64,000 bases of DNA from Paludibacteraceae bacterium (GCA_045629285.1 JAZQQY010000038.1:691-64690), one strand, 5' to 3'. Counted from the first letter of the stretch, positions 47,313 to 57,409 are shown. The notes: generated by a model not told the origin, from the sequence alone. Made by a program: numbers and translations.

Positions 47313-50300
47313 TTACCTCAACAAAGTAAAGTGTCCGAAATAGACCTTATCGATGGCATCGATACTCAATTCGTACCAGTAGTCGGAGCTAGGCATTGCA
47401 ATTCCGTTGTATGTTCCGTCCCACTCATCGTCATTCGATGCTTTTAGTGTAGTTAACAGTTTGCCATGACGGTTGTAGATTCTCATCGTAGTGTTAGGAT
47501 AGATCTTCACTGCATCAGGAATCTTTAGTGTGGCGTTATCGCCGTCGCTATCTGGCTCTATAAAGTTTTGAATGACAAATTCAGGCTCTGTTATAACGAA
47601 GGTTGTGTCGGTTTTGCATCCGGCAATGTCTATGATGCTCAACGTGTGTTTGCCAAAACCTAAATTATATTTCACATTGTCTGTGACATCTTTGGCTGTA
47701 GATTTTCCGTCTACGATAAATTGATATTCTCCTGCCGACGACATGTTGATCTGTACGTCATCAAGGCCGATAGAGTCGACAGATGCCAATTTCGGTGTGG
47801 CTCCGACCATCAATACGAACTCTTTTTCAAGAATGCACTTTCCACGGTAAGCGGTAACATAATATTTGTTTTCCACTCCGTTAGGCACAACTGTGATTAT
47901 TGCGGAATTTGAGTGGTCGTGTTCCCAATCGTATCTTTCTGCTTCCAATGCACTGGCATCCAGCGTTGTGCTATCGCCTTCACACATGATTGTTCCGGCT
48001 TCGATATTTCCGTTCATTTGAGGATGGACATTTACATCGACAGTCTTTAGCTGTTGAGCGCAGTCGCCGTTGCGGATCACAACGTTATAGCTCTGTGAGG
48101 TATATGGCTTTAACGTTGCGGATGCCCCTTTGTTAGCGGTGACGATATCGTTTCCTGTTGACCATGAGTAAGATACCTTGTCGCTGTTTGGCGATATCTC
48201 AATGTCGACTTCTACTACATCACCCTGACAGATTGTGTCTGCCGATTGAGAAATGGCAATATTTAATGGTGGGTAGATGTCTGGGTCTCTATCAGAAACA
48301 AATCCGATGAATGAACATCCGTCGCATAGTAGGGTATATGTGTATTCTCCTATATCGGAAGCGGATACGTTGCTGATCCTCAATGTTTTTGTGTCTTTGA
48401 CGACTTCTTCTTCGTCTCTATACCATGTTACTTTGCATCCATCCACATTGCTTATTATAGCTGAAATCTCTCCTCCGTAGCAACTGCTCCATTTTGTAGT
48501 TTCCACAATAGGACTTGCTGTCATTACCGAGACGTTGAATGAGAATGATGTCTCGCAGTCGTTCGCGTAGATTACGGAATATGAGCCGTCTCCTGATATC
48601 GTGAATCTTGCTACGTTTCCGTCAAACGAATAAGTGCCTAGATCTGTGTTCCCCTTTCTTACGGTAAAGTCGGATGACGTGTGCTCTACTGTCGCTTCTA
48701 CGACAATTTCGTTTCCGCAACTGTTGAATGTCACGTTGTCCAGTGAGGATGATGTTCGTGCCTTGTTGCCTTCTGTAAATTGGATTTTTCCTCCTACTTT
48801 ACTTGTGCCGACGGAAATGTCCCAAGTGCCGCTTGCCTGGCAAACTCCAGTATTAACTGTGCAGCTAAGAGTTAAGTCGCGGATTCCCATCGTTACGTCC
48901 ACTGTCGAAGATGCCGTATTTGATATAGCTTCAGGTGAATCGCAGCTCCATGTCGTGCGGTCGAAACTTGTGGTATTGCCGTCTCCCGACACTGTGACCT
49001 TTCCGTCTTTGCCCGGACATAGATGATCGTCTCCGCTTATCTTCATTCCGAGTGAATCCGCCACGACATTGACAGATGCCAGTTCACTCCAGCATTTGTC
49101 TCCATTCACTAATTCATATCTTTTTGCATAGAATGTGTGGGTGCCTTTCTTTTTGATTGGAGCGACTGTCGTCAACTCATTTTTATCAGCATCGTACCAT
49201 TGTAAGTTTGAACTTGAGCTTAGTTGCGACAACTGAATTTCCTTCGTATCGTTAAGGCACAAAGATGCAGGAGTAGTCGACGGAATGGCCGGCTGACTTA
49301 CGGTGATAGTCATAGGCACGATCGGACCGGACAGATTACGTGACAGTTCTGTTTGCCTGATATATATCGTTTGTATGCCAGTGGCTGACACGTTTAATGG
49401 ATATGCGAAGTGAGTTTCGCCGGCAGATAGTGACATTGCACCGCTCATGTCGGCATTTTTACTGATACTCAAAGAGTAGTGCGAGGTGTTGTCTGACGCA
49501 TCCACAGTTTTGATTATCGCGTCGAATCCGTCTGCTGCGCGTGGATCGTTGATGCAGAACTCCAGGTTGTCGGCAACAGGGGATGGACATTCGAACAGGT
49601 CTGCTTGGAACGTCCAGTTTGCAGTTTCTGAGCACGCTCCGTCATTCACGACGGCTGTAAGAGTGACGGGAGTTCCTCCCATCTTGACGGTCACGTCTTT
49701 CTTGTCGGCATCACCTATAATGGATCCCGCAACATTACTGCTCCATGCGATTGTCTGATTGCCGCTGCCTGTTATCGTAAGTTCGGATTTGCCGGTTTCG
49801 CCTGGCAACAAAACGTTGTCTCCTGAAATCGCCACATTAAGGGCGTCGACGTGTATTGTGGCAGTAGCGATTTCACTATGGCACTGAGTTCCGTTTACAA
49901 TTTCCGATTTTTGCGCGCTGACTACGATGTCTCCGCGTTCCACTGTGCTGACACTTCCTGTTATGATGCTGTTGCTAGCGTCTCTCCAGATTATGCCGGC
50001 TTCATTGCTGATTGACGACAGCTCTACGCTTTGTGTAGAGTTTGCACATACGGATTTGTTTGTCAATGCAGGTGCAACAGGTTGCTTTACAACAACTTTG
50101 AATGGAACGACTACGCTGTATTGATCGTCTGTTATCTGTTGCTGGCGTACGTAGTATGTTGTTGTGCCAGCTTTGGTTACATCGAATGCAAAATTAAAAT
50201 GGGTCTCTCCTGCAGAAAGAGTGACGGCATCGCTCATATCAGCGTTTTTGCTGAATTGTAGGGCATAGTTTGCCACGCTTTCTCCTGCCTCGCCAGCCAG

Positions 50301-51368
50301 ACCGAGTTCTGCATCAAAACCGTCGCTTGCTTGTAGATCTCCCACGCAGAATTCTTTGTCGCTGACTGTCGGTGTCGGCACAAGATATCTCAAAAGATAT
50401 AGTGTGGTAGTCTTGAGAGGAGTGCTGCATCCACAGTCTTTCTGGACTGTATATTGGTCGATAGTAGAGCCCGACTTGGTAGGAACTGGTGGGATATAGT
50501 TCTCGAAGTCGGCTATGACGTTCCCGTCCGGACCTCTCCAGATAAGGTCGCAGTTGTTTTCGTTGTTGTCTACCAGTTCTGTCCCGTGCTGTTCCAACGC
50601 TTGCTCCAGAATGGTCTTTGTATAGAATCCGTTCTTGATATCGGAGGGCCCGTAGTTTACGTATGATTTGCTTAGATGTGCGGCTCCGTTTCCGATGACG
50701 GAAAGCTTGAGTTCAACTCCTTTGCTGAAACAGTCGCCATCCTTTATGGCAACTCTGTAAATATGGTCGCCTTCACCCAGAGAGCCGATGTTCATGTAGT
50801 CCCAAAGACCGAGGGCATTGCCATCTTCATCGTACCAATGGTATTTGCCGGACGTGTATTTGCCGACGAACGTACTGACCGATGACGGCATTTTCCCGGC
50901 ACAATAAGGTTCGAATTGAGGAGCAGTGATATCCTTGATGTGGATGGCATCGAATGTGATCTCCTCGACCCAGCTGCCTGCACTTCCGTCTGCCGGCGTG
51001 ATTCTGACATAGTATGTCTTGGAAACTGTCTTCTCGTTTTCCGGGTTGAAGATTCTTCTGTCGACTGTATAGCTGACTCTGGTAGGGTCAACGTCGGAAT
51101 ATGCTTTTAGCGCTTTGGATACAGTTCCGACATCTGCTAAATCTTCATATATTTCGGCATTGATATTGCCTAAATCCAAAGCATCCTTATTGGCTGCTGT
51201 GACTTGGATTTTTGCAGTGTTCTCCAAGTCGCACATGAAGAAATTGCCGTTTTGGGCTCGGTGGATATTGCTCAAGACAAGGAATATAGGGTCGGCCAGC
51301 GTAGTGGTTACGCCGGCAAGAGAAATCAAAGTGAGAAAACACTTTGCTATGCCCTGTCTGATATTCAT
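47313..51368 (-). CDS. 1351-aa Ig-like repeat adhesin with T9SS type-B (gliding-motility-associated) C-terminal domain
   Basis: The C-terminus ...KIYPNTTMRIYNRHGKLLTTL...WDGTYNGIAMPSSDYWYEL...GHFTLLR fits the type-B CTD pattern. Contains a tandem ~260-aa internal duplication. Confidence 0.8.
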   Translation of the reverse strand: MNIRQGIAKCFLTLISLAGVTTTLADPIFLVLSNIHRAQNGNFFMCDLENTAKIQVTAANKDALDLGNINAEIYEDLADVGTVSKALKAYSDVDPTRVSYTVDRRIFNPENEKTVSKTYYVRITPADGSAGSWVEEITFDAIHIKDITAPQFEPYCAGKMPSSVSTFVGKYTSGKYHWYDEDGNALGLWDYMNIGSLGEGDHIYRVAIKDGDCFSKGVELKLSVIGNGAAHLSKSYVNYGPSDIKNGFYTKTILEQALEQHGTELVDNNENNCDLIWRGPDGNVIADFENYIPPVPTKSGSTIDQYTVQKDCGCSTPLKTTTLYLLRYLVPTPTVSDKEFCVGDLQASDGFDAELGLAGEAGESVANYALQFSKNADMSDAVTLSAGETHFNFAFDVTKAGTTTYYVRQQQITDDQYSVVVPFKVVVKQPVAPALTNKSVCANSTQSVELSSISNEAGIIWRDASNSIITGSVSTVERGDIVVSAQKSEIVNGTQCHSEIATATIHVDALNVAISGDNVLLPGETGKSELTITGSGNQTIAWSSNVAGSIIGDADKKDVTVKMGGTPVTLTAVVNDGACSETANWTFQADLFECPSPVADNLEFCINDPRAADGFDAIIKTVDASDNTSHYSLSISKNADMSGAMSLSAGETHFAYPLNVSATGIQTIYIRQTELSRNLSGPIVPMTITVSQPAIPSTTPASLCLNDTKEIQLSQLSSSSNLQWYDADKNELTTVAPIKKKGTHTFYAKRYELVNGDKCWSELASVNVVADSLGMKISGDDHLCPGKDGKVTVSGDGNTTSFDRTTWSCDSPEAISNTASSTVDVTMGIRDLTLSCTVNTGVCQASGTWDISVGTSKVGGKIQFTEGNKARTSSSLDNVTFNSCGNEIVVEATVEHTSSDFTVRKGNTDLGTYSFDGNVARFTISGDGSYSVIYANDCETSFSFNVSVMTASPIVETTKWSSCYGGEISAIISNVDGCKVTWYRDEEEVVKDTKTLRISNVSASDIGEYTYTLLCDGCSFIGFVSDRDPDIYPPLNIAISQSADTICQGDVVEVDIEISPNSDKVSYSWSTGNDIVTANKGASATLKPYTSQSYNVVIRNGDCAQQLKTVDVNVHPQMNGNIEAGTIMCEGDSTTLDASALEAERYDWEHDHSNSAIITVVPNGVENKYYVTAYRGKCILEKEFVLMVGATPKLASVDSIGLDDVQINMSSAGEYQFIVDGKSTAKDVTDNVKYNLGFGKHTLSIIDIAGCKTDTTFVITEPEFVIQNFIEPDSDGDNATLKIPDAVKIYPNTTMRIYNRHGKLLTTLKASNDDEWDGTYNGIAMPSSDYWYELSIDAIDKVYFGHFTLLR

Positions 51369-51372
51369 TTAT

Positions 51373-51810
51373 TTATTGGATTGGAGAAATCGACTCCACA
51401 ATGAAATACACCTCTTCCTTGCCAAAAGCCAATGGGTTGGCGTATGGTTTTGTCTTGCCGATGATTGTAAGTTTTGTGCCTGCTGCAAACGCCTCTATTT
51501 CTGCTTTCCTTGATTCCTCGATCAAGAAAACCTCTCCGTATGCCTCTCCGTTAAGAGTGTTCAATTCCGACTCATCGCCTCCAATACGCTTGCATTGGAA
51601 GATACAGTAGCCTTGCTTCATGAACGGTGGAATACGATAGAATTTAGGCAAACCAAGTTTGTAGAACTCAGCGTCGATCTGAACCGGATTATCAGAATAA
51701 TTCTTTGCATATACTGGATTCAACACTCTTGTGAATGCTTCGGTTGCAACTTCAGCGTTAGCGGCCATTCCTGCAAGTAGGATGGCAAATATTGTAATCA
51801 GTCTTTTCAT
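51373..51810 (-). CDS. small secreted hypothetical protein coupled to the type-B adhesin gene
   Basis: Signal peptide MKRLITIFAILLAGMAANA. Its stop lies 4 nt before the adhesin ATG. Confidence 0.5.
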   Translation of the reverse strand: MKRLITIFAILLAGMAANAEVATEAFTRVLNPVYAKNYSDNPVQIDAEFYKLGLPKFYRIPPFMKQGYCIFQCKRIGGDESELNTLNGEAYGEVFLIEESRKAEIEAFAAGTKLTIIGKTKPYANPLAFGKEEVYFIVESISPIQ

Positions 51811-51881
51811 ACTACCCCTATTATTTATGTTATTATATTGTGTTTGAGTCGCTAAAAATACTAAAAATCAAGTAATCAATA

Positions 51882-54014
51882 CTATTCTTTGATGAATTTT
51901 GTGTGGTATTTGCCTTTATCGGTTGTGATTTCTGCCGAATAAATACCTTTTGGCAAGTCTTTCACGTTAATTTTTTTGTCGTCGCTGTACAATAATTCTG
52001 CACCGTCGACACCGAATATACTGACGTTTTTGACCTCTTCCGTACAGTTGATATTGATTATATCTTTTGTGGGATTCGGGTATACGGTAACTGCCGCATT
52101 TGTCGGAATCTCATCTGCGCTGTTGGTGTCTGCTTCTCTGACTACGGTATTGATCAGCAGTCCGCCTACGCTTTTGTCGAATGGATGGTTGTCCCAAGAT
52201 TCCCATTCTCCGTTCTTTTTGAAGAAAGCGGTTCGGGGGCTTGAAACGGTTGCGAGCATTGCAAAATCATTTTTCTGATAATCAGTGTAGAATGAGACGA
52301 AGAATGTTTTCCCCGTCTTGACGACAGAATCCAATCGTATGTAGTTTTCCTTGTACGACCAGTTGCTGACCGTTGTTGTGGAGAATCCGGAAGCTTTGGA
52401 TTTATATTCCCTTGCTGTCACCTTTACCGGCGACTCATAGATCAGCGTTTCTGGCTTCTCATCTCCAGAGTATATCCTTAGGTAGACGGGATTTTTCGTG
52501 CTGTATGATCCCAAAATCGGTATGAATGAGATTCCATGAATTTCTGTGTTGTCGTATGGCGAAGTGAATTTTTCGGCAAACTCCTCCAATCCGAATTCGT
52601 TTTTGCCGGAAGCATATCCGTAACCTTCTTTATATGGTTCGTCAAATTCGGAAAATTCATGATAGTTCCTTAGTGGATAGCAGCGGTTGTCGTTTGTCTC
52701 TTTGCCTTCCATTCGTATGATTCCTGAACGGTATGGGTCTAGCACGGACATGATGCTGTTAGGCATTGATGAAGGGTCGTCCCAGACATTGTTTAGACGC
52801 CAGTATTTGTCGTCTCCTTTGTTGGTACATAGTGAGTTGCCTCCGGAAAGAGCTCCGATGATAAGACCGTTCCTGTCATATAGAGGTGAACCGGAAGAAC
52901 CGATTTCTGTTACTCCTACAGCCCATGTCTCGATCTTCCAATGAGAATCTCCTACAAGTCCATCCGTCTCAAACGATATCGGCATGGGGTCGTCTTCGCT
53001 GATGCTGATTTTCAACAGGTCGCCGTTAGGGTGGTGTAGACAGACTACCGGACCGTGTGGCGCCGATTCCACGTTCCATCCGCTTTCGAAAGTCATATAG
53101 TCGACAGGCGGACGTTGTGAAAGTTTAAGCAGAGCCATGTCTTTCCCGTGGTTTGAACTGACAACATTGCTGCCAGAAACAGATTTTTCGTAACTGCTTA
53201 TGAATCTTGCTTCACAGATGGAAGTGCTGTAGCCAAAATAGAATACACATTTGTTGGCTAGAGTGGAGTCGAAACGGTTTGTGTTATCTCTCAGGCAGTG
53301 AGCCGATGTCAACACGAATGATGCCGTTTCGTCGTCGCTGGCGATGAGTGATCCGCTGCAATATCTTGTCCCGTTGATGATAATCAGGCAGGCAGATCTG
53401 CTCTGGTCCTCTACAGCTTCATCCATGCAGACCATGTCCGTTTCGCAAAAGCTGGCTTTGCCTGAGTTCGGCAGCAGACGCAATTCATCGAATCCTACGT
53501 TGACAGCAGATATCGTTGCTGAAAACGAGTCGGCAGACGAAACTGGCACTTCACACTGAATCATGATGCTGTCGCCTGATACAGGAGTCGTGGCAAACAC
53601 GTCGCCAGAGAAAGATCTGTTCGTATAGGCTCCGTATATTTCTCCTCCGTCCGGACGGAATAGGTAGACCTTCGCGTTGTCCGGAAGATGCAAGGAGGTA
53701 AAAATCAGATTTAGGGATTTTGCATTTTCACTGTTGATTATCAATCTGTAGACGATGTTCTCTCCGTCAACTACGGATGAGGCTTCTTTTGCAATGTCGA
53801 TGTTTACATCTGTCTTGAAGGCAAACTGGTTGGCTTCTACTGTTTCTGTTGTGTCGGGAGTGATGGTGATTGACGGTATTTCCTCTGCCGAACGCAATGC
53901 TCGTGTCTGAATCGCCGACGGCAGACCGCCGAAACTGATTTGTGCGTGTGATGACAGACTAAACGCTACGGCAAGTATTGTAAGTATTAGACGTAAATTT
54001 TTCACCCTGTTCAT
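51882..54014 (-). CDS. S1-family (trypsin-fold) serine endopeptidase with T9SS type-A C-terminal domain
   Basis: VLTSAHC (His) and GSSGSPL (Ser). C-terminal VTVYPNPTKDIININ...LPKGIYSAEITTDKGKYHTKFIKE. Confidence 0.8.
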   Translation of the reverse strand: MNRVKNLRLILTILAVAFSLSSHAQISFGGLPSAIQTRALRSAEEIPSITITPDTTETVEANQFAFKTDVNIDIAKEASSVVDGENIVYRLIINSENAKSLNLIFTSLHLPDNAKVYLFRPDGGEIYGAYTNRSFSGDVFATTPVSGDSIMIQCEVPVSSADSFSATISAVNVGFDELRLLPNSGKASFCETDMVCMDEAVEDQSRSACLIIINGTRYCSGSLIASDDETASFVLTSAHCLRDNTNRFDSTLANKCVFYFGYSTSICEARFISSYEKSVSGSNVVSSNHGKDMALLKLSQRPPVDYMTFESGWNVESAPHGPVVCLHHPNGDLLKISISEDDPMPISFETDGLVGDSHWKIETWAVGVTEIGSSGSPLYDRNGLIIGALSGGNSLCTNKGDDKYWRLNNVWDDPSSMPNSIMSVLDPYRSGIIRMEGKETNDNRCYPLRNYHEFSEFDEPYKEGYGYASGKNEFGLEEFAEKFTSPYDNTEIHGISFIPILGSYSTKNPVYLRIYSGDEKPETLIYESPVKVTAREYKSKASGFSTTTVSNWSYKENYIRLDSVVKTGKTFFVSFYTDYQKNDFAMLATVSSPRTAFFKKNGEWESWDNHPFDKSVGGLLINTVVREADTNSADEIPTNAAVTVYPNPTKDIININCTEEVKNVSIFGVDGAELLYSDDKKINVKDLPKGIYSAEITTDKGKYHTKFIKE

Positions 54015-54131
54015 TCTTTGTTATTGAAATTCTTTGCAAAGATAGTTTGAAATGCTAAACAATTATGAATTATGTAATACGAATTATGAATTGATTTTAG
54101 TATTTTTGCGCGCAAATAAGGATATCCTGTT

Positions 54132-54926
54132 ATGAACGAAAGAAATTTTTTCAATGACCCGTCAGTGGCGGTGACGCGAAATTTATTGATAATCAACATT
54201 CTGATTGCGTTGGCTGCGACAGTTTCGCATAAGGTGCAGCCTAGCTTTGATTGGTATTCCTACTTTTCTTTGCATTTTTGGAAAAGCTCGGCTTTCCATC
54301 CTGCACAGGTATTCACATACATGTTCCTTCACTCGTTGGATTGGTCGCATGTCCTTTTCAACATGTTCTCTTTGTTCATGTTCGGACGCTTGCTGGAGCA
54401 GGTGATGGGTGCCAAGAAATTCTTGATCTACTATGCATTCTGTGGAGTGGGTGCAGCGATTATACAGGAGATCACCTGGACAATCGACTTTTGGCCGATG
54501 TTGACCCAATTGAGTAAGATATCGGGTGAAATCTCGGAGTTGGCTGCAAGTGGAGCTCTTGAGACGGAAGGATATTATGTTGATGGAATACACATGCTTT
54601 CGGTTGAGCAGTGGAATGCATACGCCGACTCTATATTGTGTCGACCTACAACAGTCGGAGCCTCAGGTGCTGTGTTCGGTATCTTATTGGCATTCGGTAT
54701 GATATTCCCGAATTTGGCTATGTTCATCATGTTCATTCCGATTCCGGTGAAGGCTAAATATGTGGTTGTCGGATACGCATTGTTGGAGTTGTTCCTTGGT
54801 GTACATGGTGTAGCTACTGGAGTAGCACACTTCGCTCATCTTGGAGGAATGTTGTTCGGACTTATCCTGATGCTCTATTGGAAGAAGAAGGGCGAGATCG
54901 GCAACAATTATGGCGGACTAATGTAA
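54132..54926 (+). CDS. rhomboid-family intramembrane serine protease
   Basis: HxxxxHxxxN region (HSLDWSHVLFNMFSL), GASGAVFG catalytic Ser, and AHLGG catalytic His. Confidence 0.85.
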   Translation: MNERNFFNDPSVAVTRNLLIINILIALAATVSHKVQPSFDWYSYFSLHFWKSSAFHPAQVFTYMFLHSLDWSHVLFNMFSLFMFGRLLEQVMGAKKFLIYYAFCGVGAAIIQEITWTIDFWPMLTQLSKISGEISELAASGALETEGYYVDGIHMLSVEQWNAYADSILCRPTTVGASGAVFGILLAFGMIFPNLAMFIMFIPIPVKAKYVVVGYALLELFLGVHGVATGVAHFAHLGGMLFGLILMLYWKKKGEIGNNYGGLM

Positions 54927-54938
54927 TAGGATATTTTT

Positions 54939-55778
54939 GTGGCAGGCATATTTGACGATATAAAGATGATGCTCCGACGAGGAGATTCGCTGACATGGCT
55001 GATTGCGATCAACTGTGTGGTATTCGTCGCTGTGTGTGCTATATCTGCGATTTTTCGTTTTGTTACGGCAGATGTGAATTGGCTATACAGCTGGTTCTTC
55101 CTTTCGTCGTCGGGATGGCATCTGTTGACGCATCCCTGGCAGATTCTGACATACGCTTTCATTCATGAAAACTTCATACACTTCATAATCAATATCCTGT
55201 TGCTTTCAATGGCAGGTAGACTCTTCAAGGAGTTTTTCACAACTCGCGATTTAGTCGGCGTTTATCTTTTGGCTGCAGTAGTCGGTGGAGTATGTTTCGT
55301 CGCTGCCTGTGAGTTGAGCAATGCGCTGGGCATATTGTCCGGATGTTCTGCCTCTATAATGGCGCTGATTGTCGCACCGGCTGTCTATGCTCCTGATTAT
55401 GAGATCTATTTGACGTTGATCGGAAGAGTCAAGCTAAAGTGGATAGCAGTTGTGTATGTGGTGATTAGCCTGCTCAACATGCTTGGAGGAAACTGGGCGG
55501 GACAGTTCGCGCATCTTGGTGGAGTCGTAACAGGAGCTGTCTTCGCATGGTTGTTGAAGAATAAGAGAGTGAATATCACAGCATGGATTTGGAATGTTGT
55601 CGACAAAATTTCGAAGAAGAATCAGCCGAAGTTCAAAGTGGCTTACCAGAATCCAGATTTCCGTATCAAGACAGAAAAGGAATTGCTTGATGATATTTTA
55701 GATAAGATTAAAATCAGTGGATATGACTCATTGTCAGCAACAGAAAGAGAATTCTTGCGGAAAATGGCAGAAGATTAA
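54939..55778 (+). CDS. second rhomboid-family protein (GTG start)
   Basis: HENFIHFIINILL, SGCSASIMA (GxSx retained), and AHLGG. Confidence 0.75.
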   Translation: MAGIFDDIKMMLRRGDSLTWLIAINCVVFVAVCAISAIFRFVTADVNWLYSWFFLSSSGWHLLTHPWQILTYAFIHENFIHFIINILLLSMAGRLFKEFFTTRDLVGVYLLAAVVGGVCFVAACELSNALGILSGCSASIMALIVAPAVYAPDYEIYLTLIGRVKLKWIAVVYVVISLLNMLGGNWAGQFAHLGGVVTGAVFAWLLKNKRVNITAWIWNVVDKISKKNQPKFKVAYQNPDFRIKTEKELLDDILDKIKISGYDSLSATEREFLRKMAED

Positions 55779-55779
55779 A

Positions 55780-56862
55780 ATGTTCTTTTCTGCACTCAGA
55801 GGCATTTTGCTTACCGTGCCGACGTTGCTTCTTCTTTTTTCGATGCTGGGGGCGTTGGGCTGCAGGTATGTCGCACCTTCAGAATTTATGCCGATATCAT
55901 ATTTGGGATTGGGATTTCCGTTGATATTTATTGTCTATATTATATGGTTGGTCGCGATGGTGTTGTTCGGATGCTGGAAACAGCTTTTGATTCTTCTTCC
56001 TACACTTGTTTGCTTTCCGATCATGTGGGATACATTCCCTTTCAATGTCTCGACTCCTAAAGTCGACCCGAATGCAAAGACACTAAAGATTTTCACCTAT
56101 AATGTGTATGCGTTTTGTTATAAAGGTGTGATAACGACGTCGGATATTGCAAGATTGGTTGAAAAAGAGGATCCCGATATCATTTGCATGCAAGAATATA
56201 TCGATTTCAGAGCTAAGGAAGACAAGGAATTCAGCAAACTGCTTGTCAAATATCCATATAGCACTGTTGGCGACATGACAATAGACAGTCACAACCGTGT
56301 CGTTACTCTTTCCAGACTCAAGATAGTCGGTAGTGGGGTGGCAAGCAAAGGTAAGGGTAACAATAAAGCGATATATTCTGATGTTGTAGTCGGAAACGAT
56401 ACGGTCAGGATGATAAATGCACATTTGGCAAGCAATCATATCACATTTGCAGAAAAGCAGGAGATTGACAGTATAAGTCATGGCTTTTTATTGGGCAAAA
56501 TAAGGAATATGGTTTTCTCGTTGAATAAAAAAGTAGCTGAAAACTATGTCGTAAGAGAACAGATGGCCAACGATATCGATAGTTTGATATCAGTCACAAA
56601 CCATAGAGTATTGGTGTGTGGCGACTTTAATGATGTCCCTGTTTCATACGTCTACCATAAGGTGAAAGGCAAGAGGATGAGTGTCGCTAACGAAGAGATG
56701 GGTTGGGGATATAACTATACATTCCGTGAATCTCCATTCTATTTCTGTATCGACCATATCCTTTACGATAAGAAAAAAATCGATTGTTTGAGTTATGATA
56801 TCTTGGATGCAACATATTCCGATCATTATCCGAGTGTTGCGCAATTTTCTATCAAACAATGA
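55780..56862 (+). CDS. membrane-anchored endonuclease/exonuclease/phosphatase (EEP) family protein
   Basis: N-terminal TM helices, DIICMQE and a C-terminal SDHYP motif. Start set at ATG 55780, 1 nt after the rhomboid stop. Confidence 0.8.
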   Translation: MFFSALRGILLTVPTLLLLFSMLGALGCRYVAPSEFMPISYLGLGFPLIFIVYIIWLVAMVLFGCWKQLLILLPTLVCFPIMWDTFPFNVSTPKVDPNAKTLKIFTYNVYAFCYKGVITTSDIARLVEKEDPDIICMQEYIDFRAKEDKEFSKLLVKYPYSTVGDMTIDSHNRVVTLSRLKIVGSGVASKGKGNNKAIYSDVVVGNDTVRMINAHLASNHITFAEKQEIDSISHGFLLGKIRNMVFSLNKKVAENYVVREQMANDIDSLISVTNHRVLVCGDFNDVPVSYVYHKVKGKRMSVANEEMGWGYNYTFRESPFYFCIDHILYDKKKIDCLSYDILDATYSDHYPSVAQFSIKQ

Positions 56863-56921
56863 AATAAGAAAAAAGTTTTAAATTTTACCAAAATTTATTT
56901 GGATGAAATGCAAATAAACTA

Positions 56922-56929
56922 TACTTTTG
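56922..56929 (+). promoter_or_regulatory. -7 promoter motif for the tRNA cluster
   Basis: ATACTTTTGCATCGC is identical to the 15-mer upstream of tRNA-Arg (9490..9504). Confidence 0.55.
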
Positions 56930-56960
56930 CATCGCAATTCAAAAATGAGAGTTGCTGAAT

Positions 56961-57033
56961 GGTGCCATAGCTCAGTTGGTAGAGCAAAGGACTGAAAATC
57001 CTTGTGTCCCCGGTTCGATTCCTGGTGGTACCA
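56961..57033 (+). tRNA. tRNA-Phe (anticodon GAA), no encoded CCA
   Basis: Acceptor GGTGCCA/TGGTACC, anticodon stem AAGGA/TCCTT with loop CTGAAAA, T-loop TTCGATT. The T-stem has one C-U mismatch (CCCGG/CCTGG). Confidence 0.88.
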
Positions 57034-57041
57034 CTTCAAAT

Positions 57042-57119
57042 GGTCTTATAGCTCAGTTGGTTCAGAGCATCTGCCTTACAAGCAGAGGGTCCTAGGTTCG
57101 AATCCTAGTGAGACCACCA
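57042..57119 (+). tRNA. tRNA-Val (anticodon TAC), CCA encoded, copy 1
   Basis: Acceptor GGTCTTA/TGAGACC, anticodon stem TCTGC/GCAGA with loop CTTACAA, T-arm CTAGG-TTCGAAT-CCTAG. Confidence 0.93.
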
Positions 57120-57182
57120 ACGTAGGAACGTCGCGTTAGTGCGTTCAAAATTGTAGAGATGTCGCGTCAGCGAGTCTAGATT

Positions 57183-57260
57183 GGTCTTATAGCTCAGTTG
57201 GTTCAGAGCATCTGCCTTACAAGCAGAGGGTCCTAGGTTCGAATCCTAGTGAGACCACCA
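57183..57260 (+). tRNA. tRNA-Val (anticodon TAC), copy 2, identical
   Basis: Same 78 nt as copy 1, offset by 141 bp. Confidence 0.93.
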
Positions 57261-57262
57261 AC

Positions 57263-57295
57263 GTAGAGACGTTGCGTTAGCACGTCTCTTTTTTT
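57263..57295 (+). terminator. Rho-independent terminator of the tRNA cluster
   Basis: GTAGAGACGTTGC gtta GCACGTCTCT followed by TTTTTT. Confidence 0.7.
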
Positions 57296-57409
57296 ATGCC
57301 GTGTCTGCACGTGTTTTGTGCTACACCAGCGCGTCTTTTTTATGTCTGGATATATCCTGATACGGACTATTATGAATTTATATATATTCGGGGAAATAAC
57401 CTCATTGTT

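Noticed and set aside
57009-57025. C-U mismatch in the T-stem of tRNA-Phe as evidence of a tRNA pseudogene
   Set aside because: All other arms, the anticodon loop and the T-loop are canonical, and the gene heads a tRNA operon with a good promoter. A single mismatch is tolerated.
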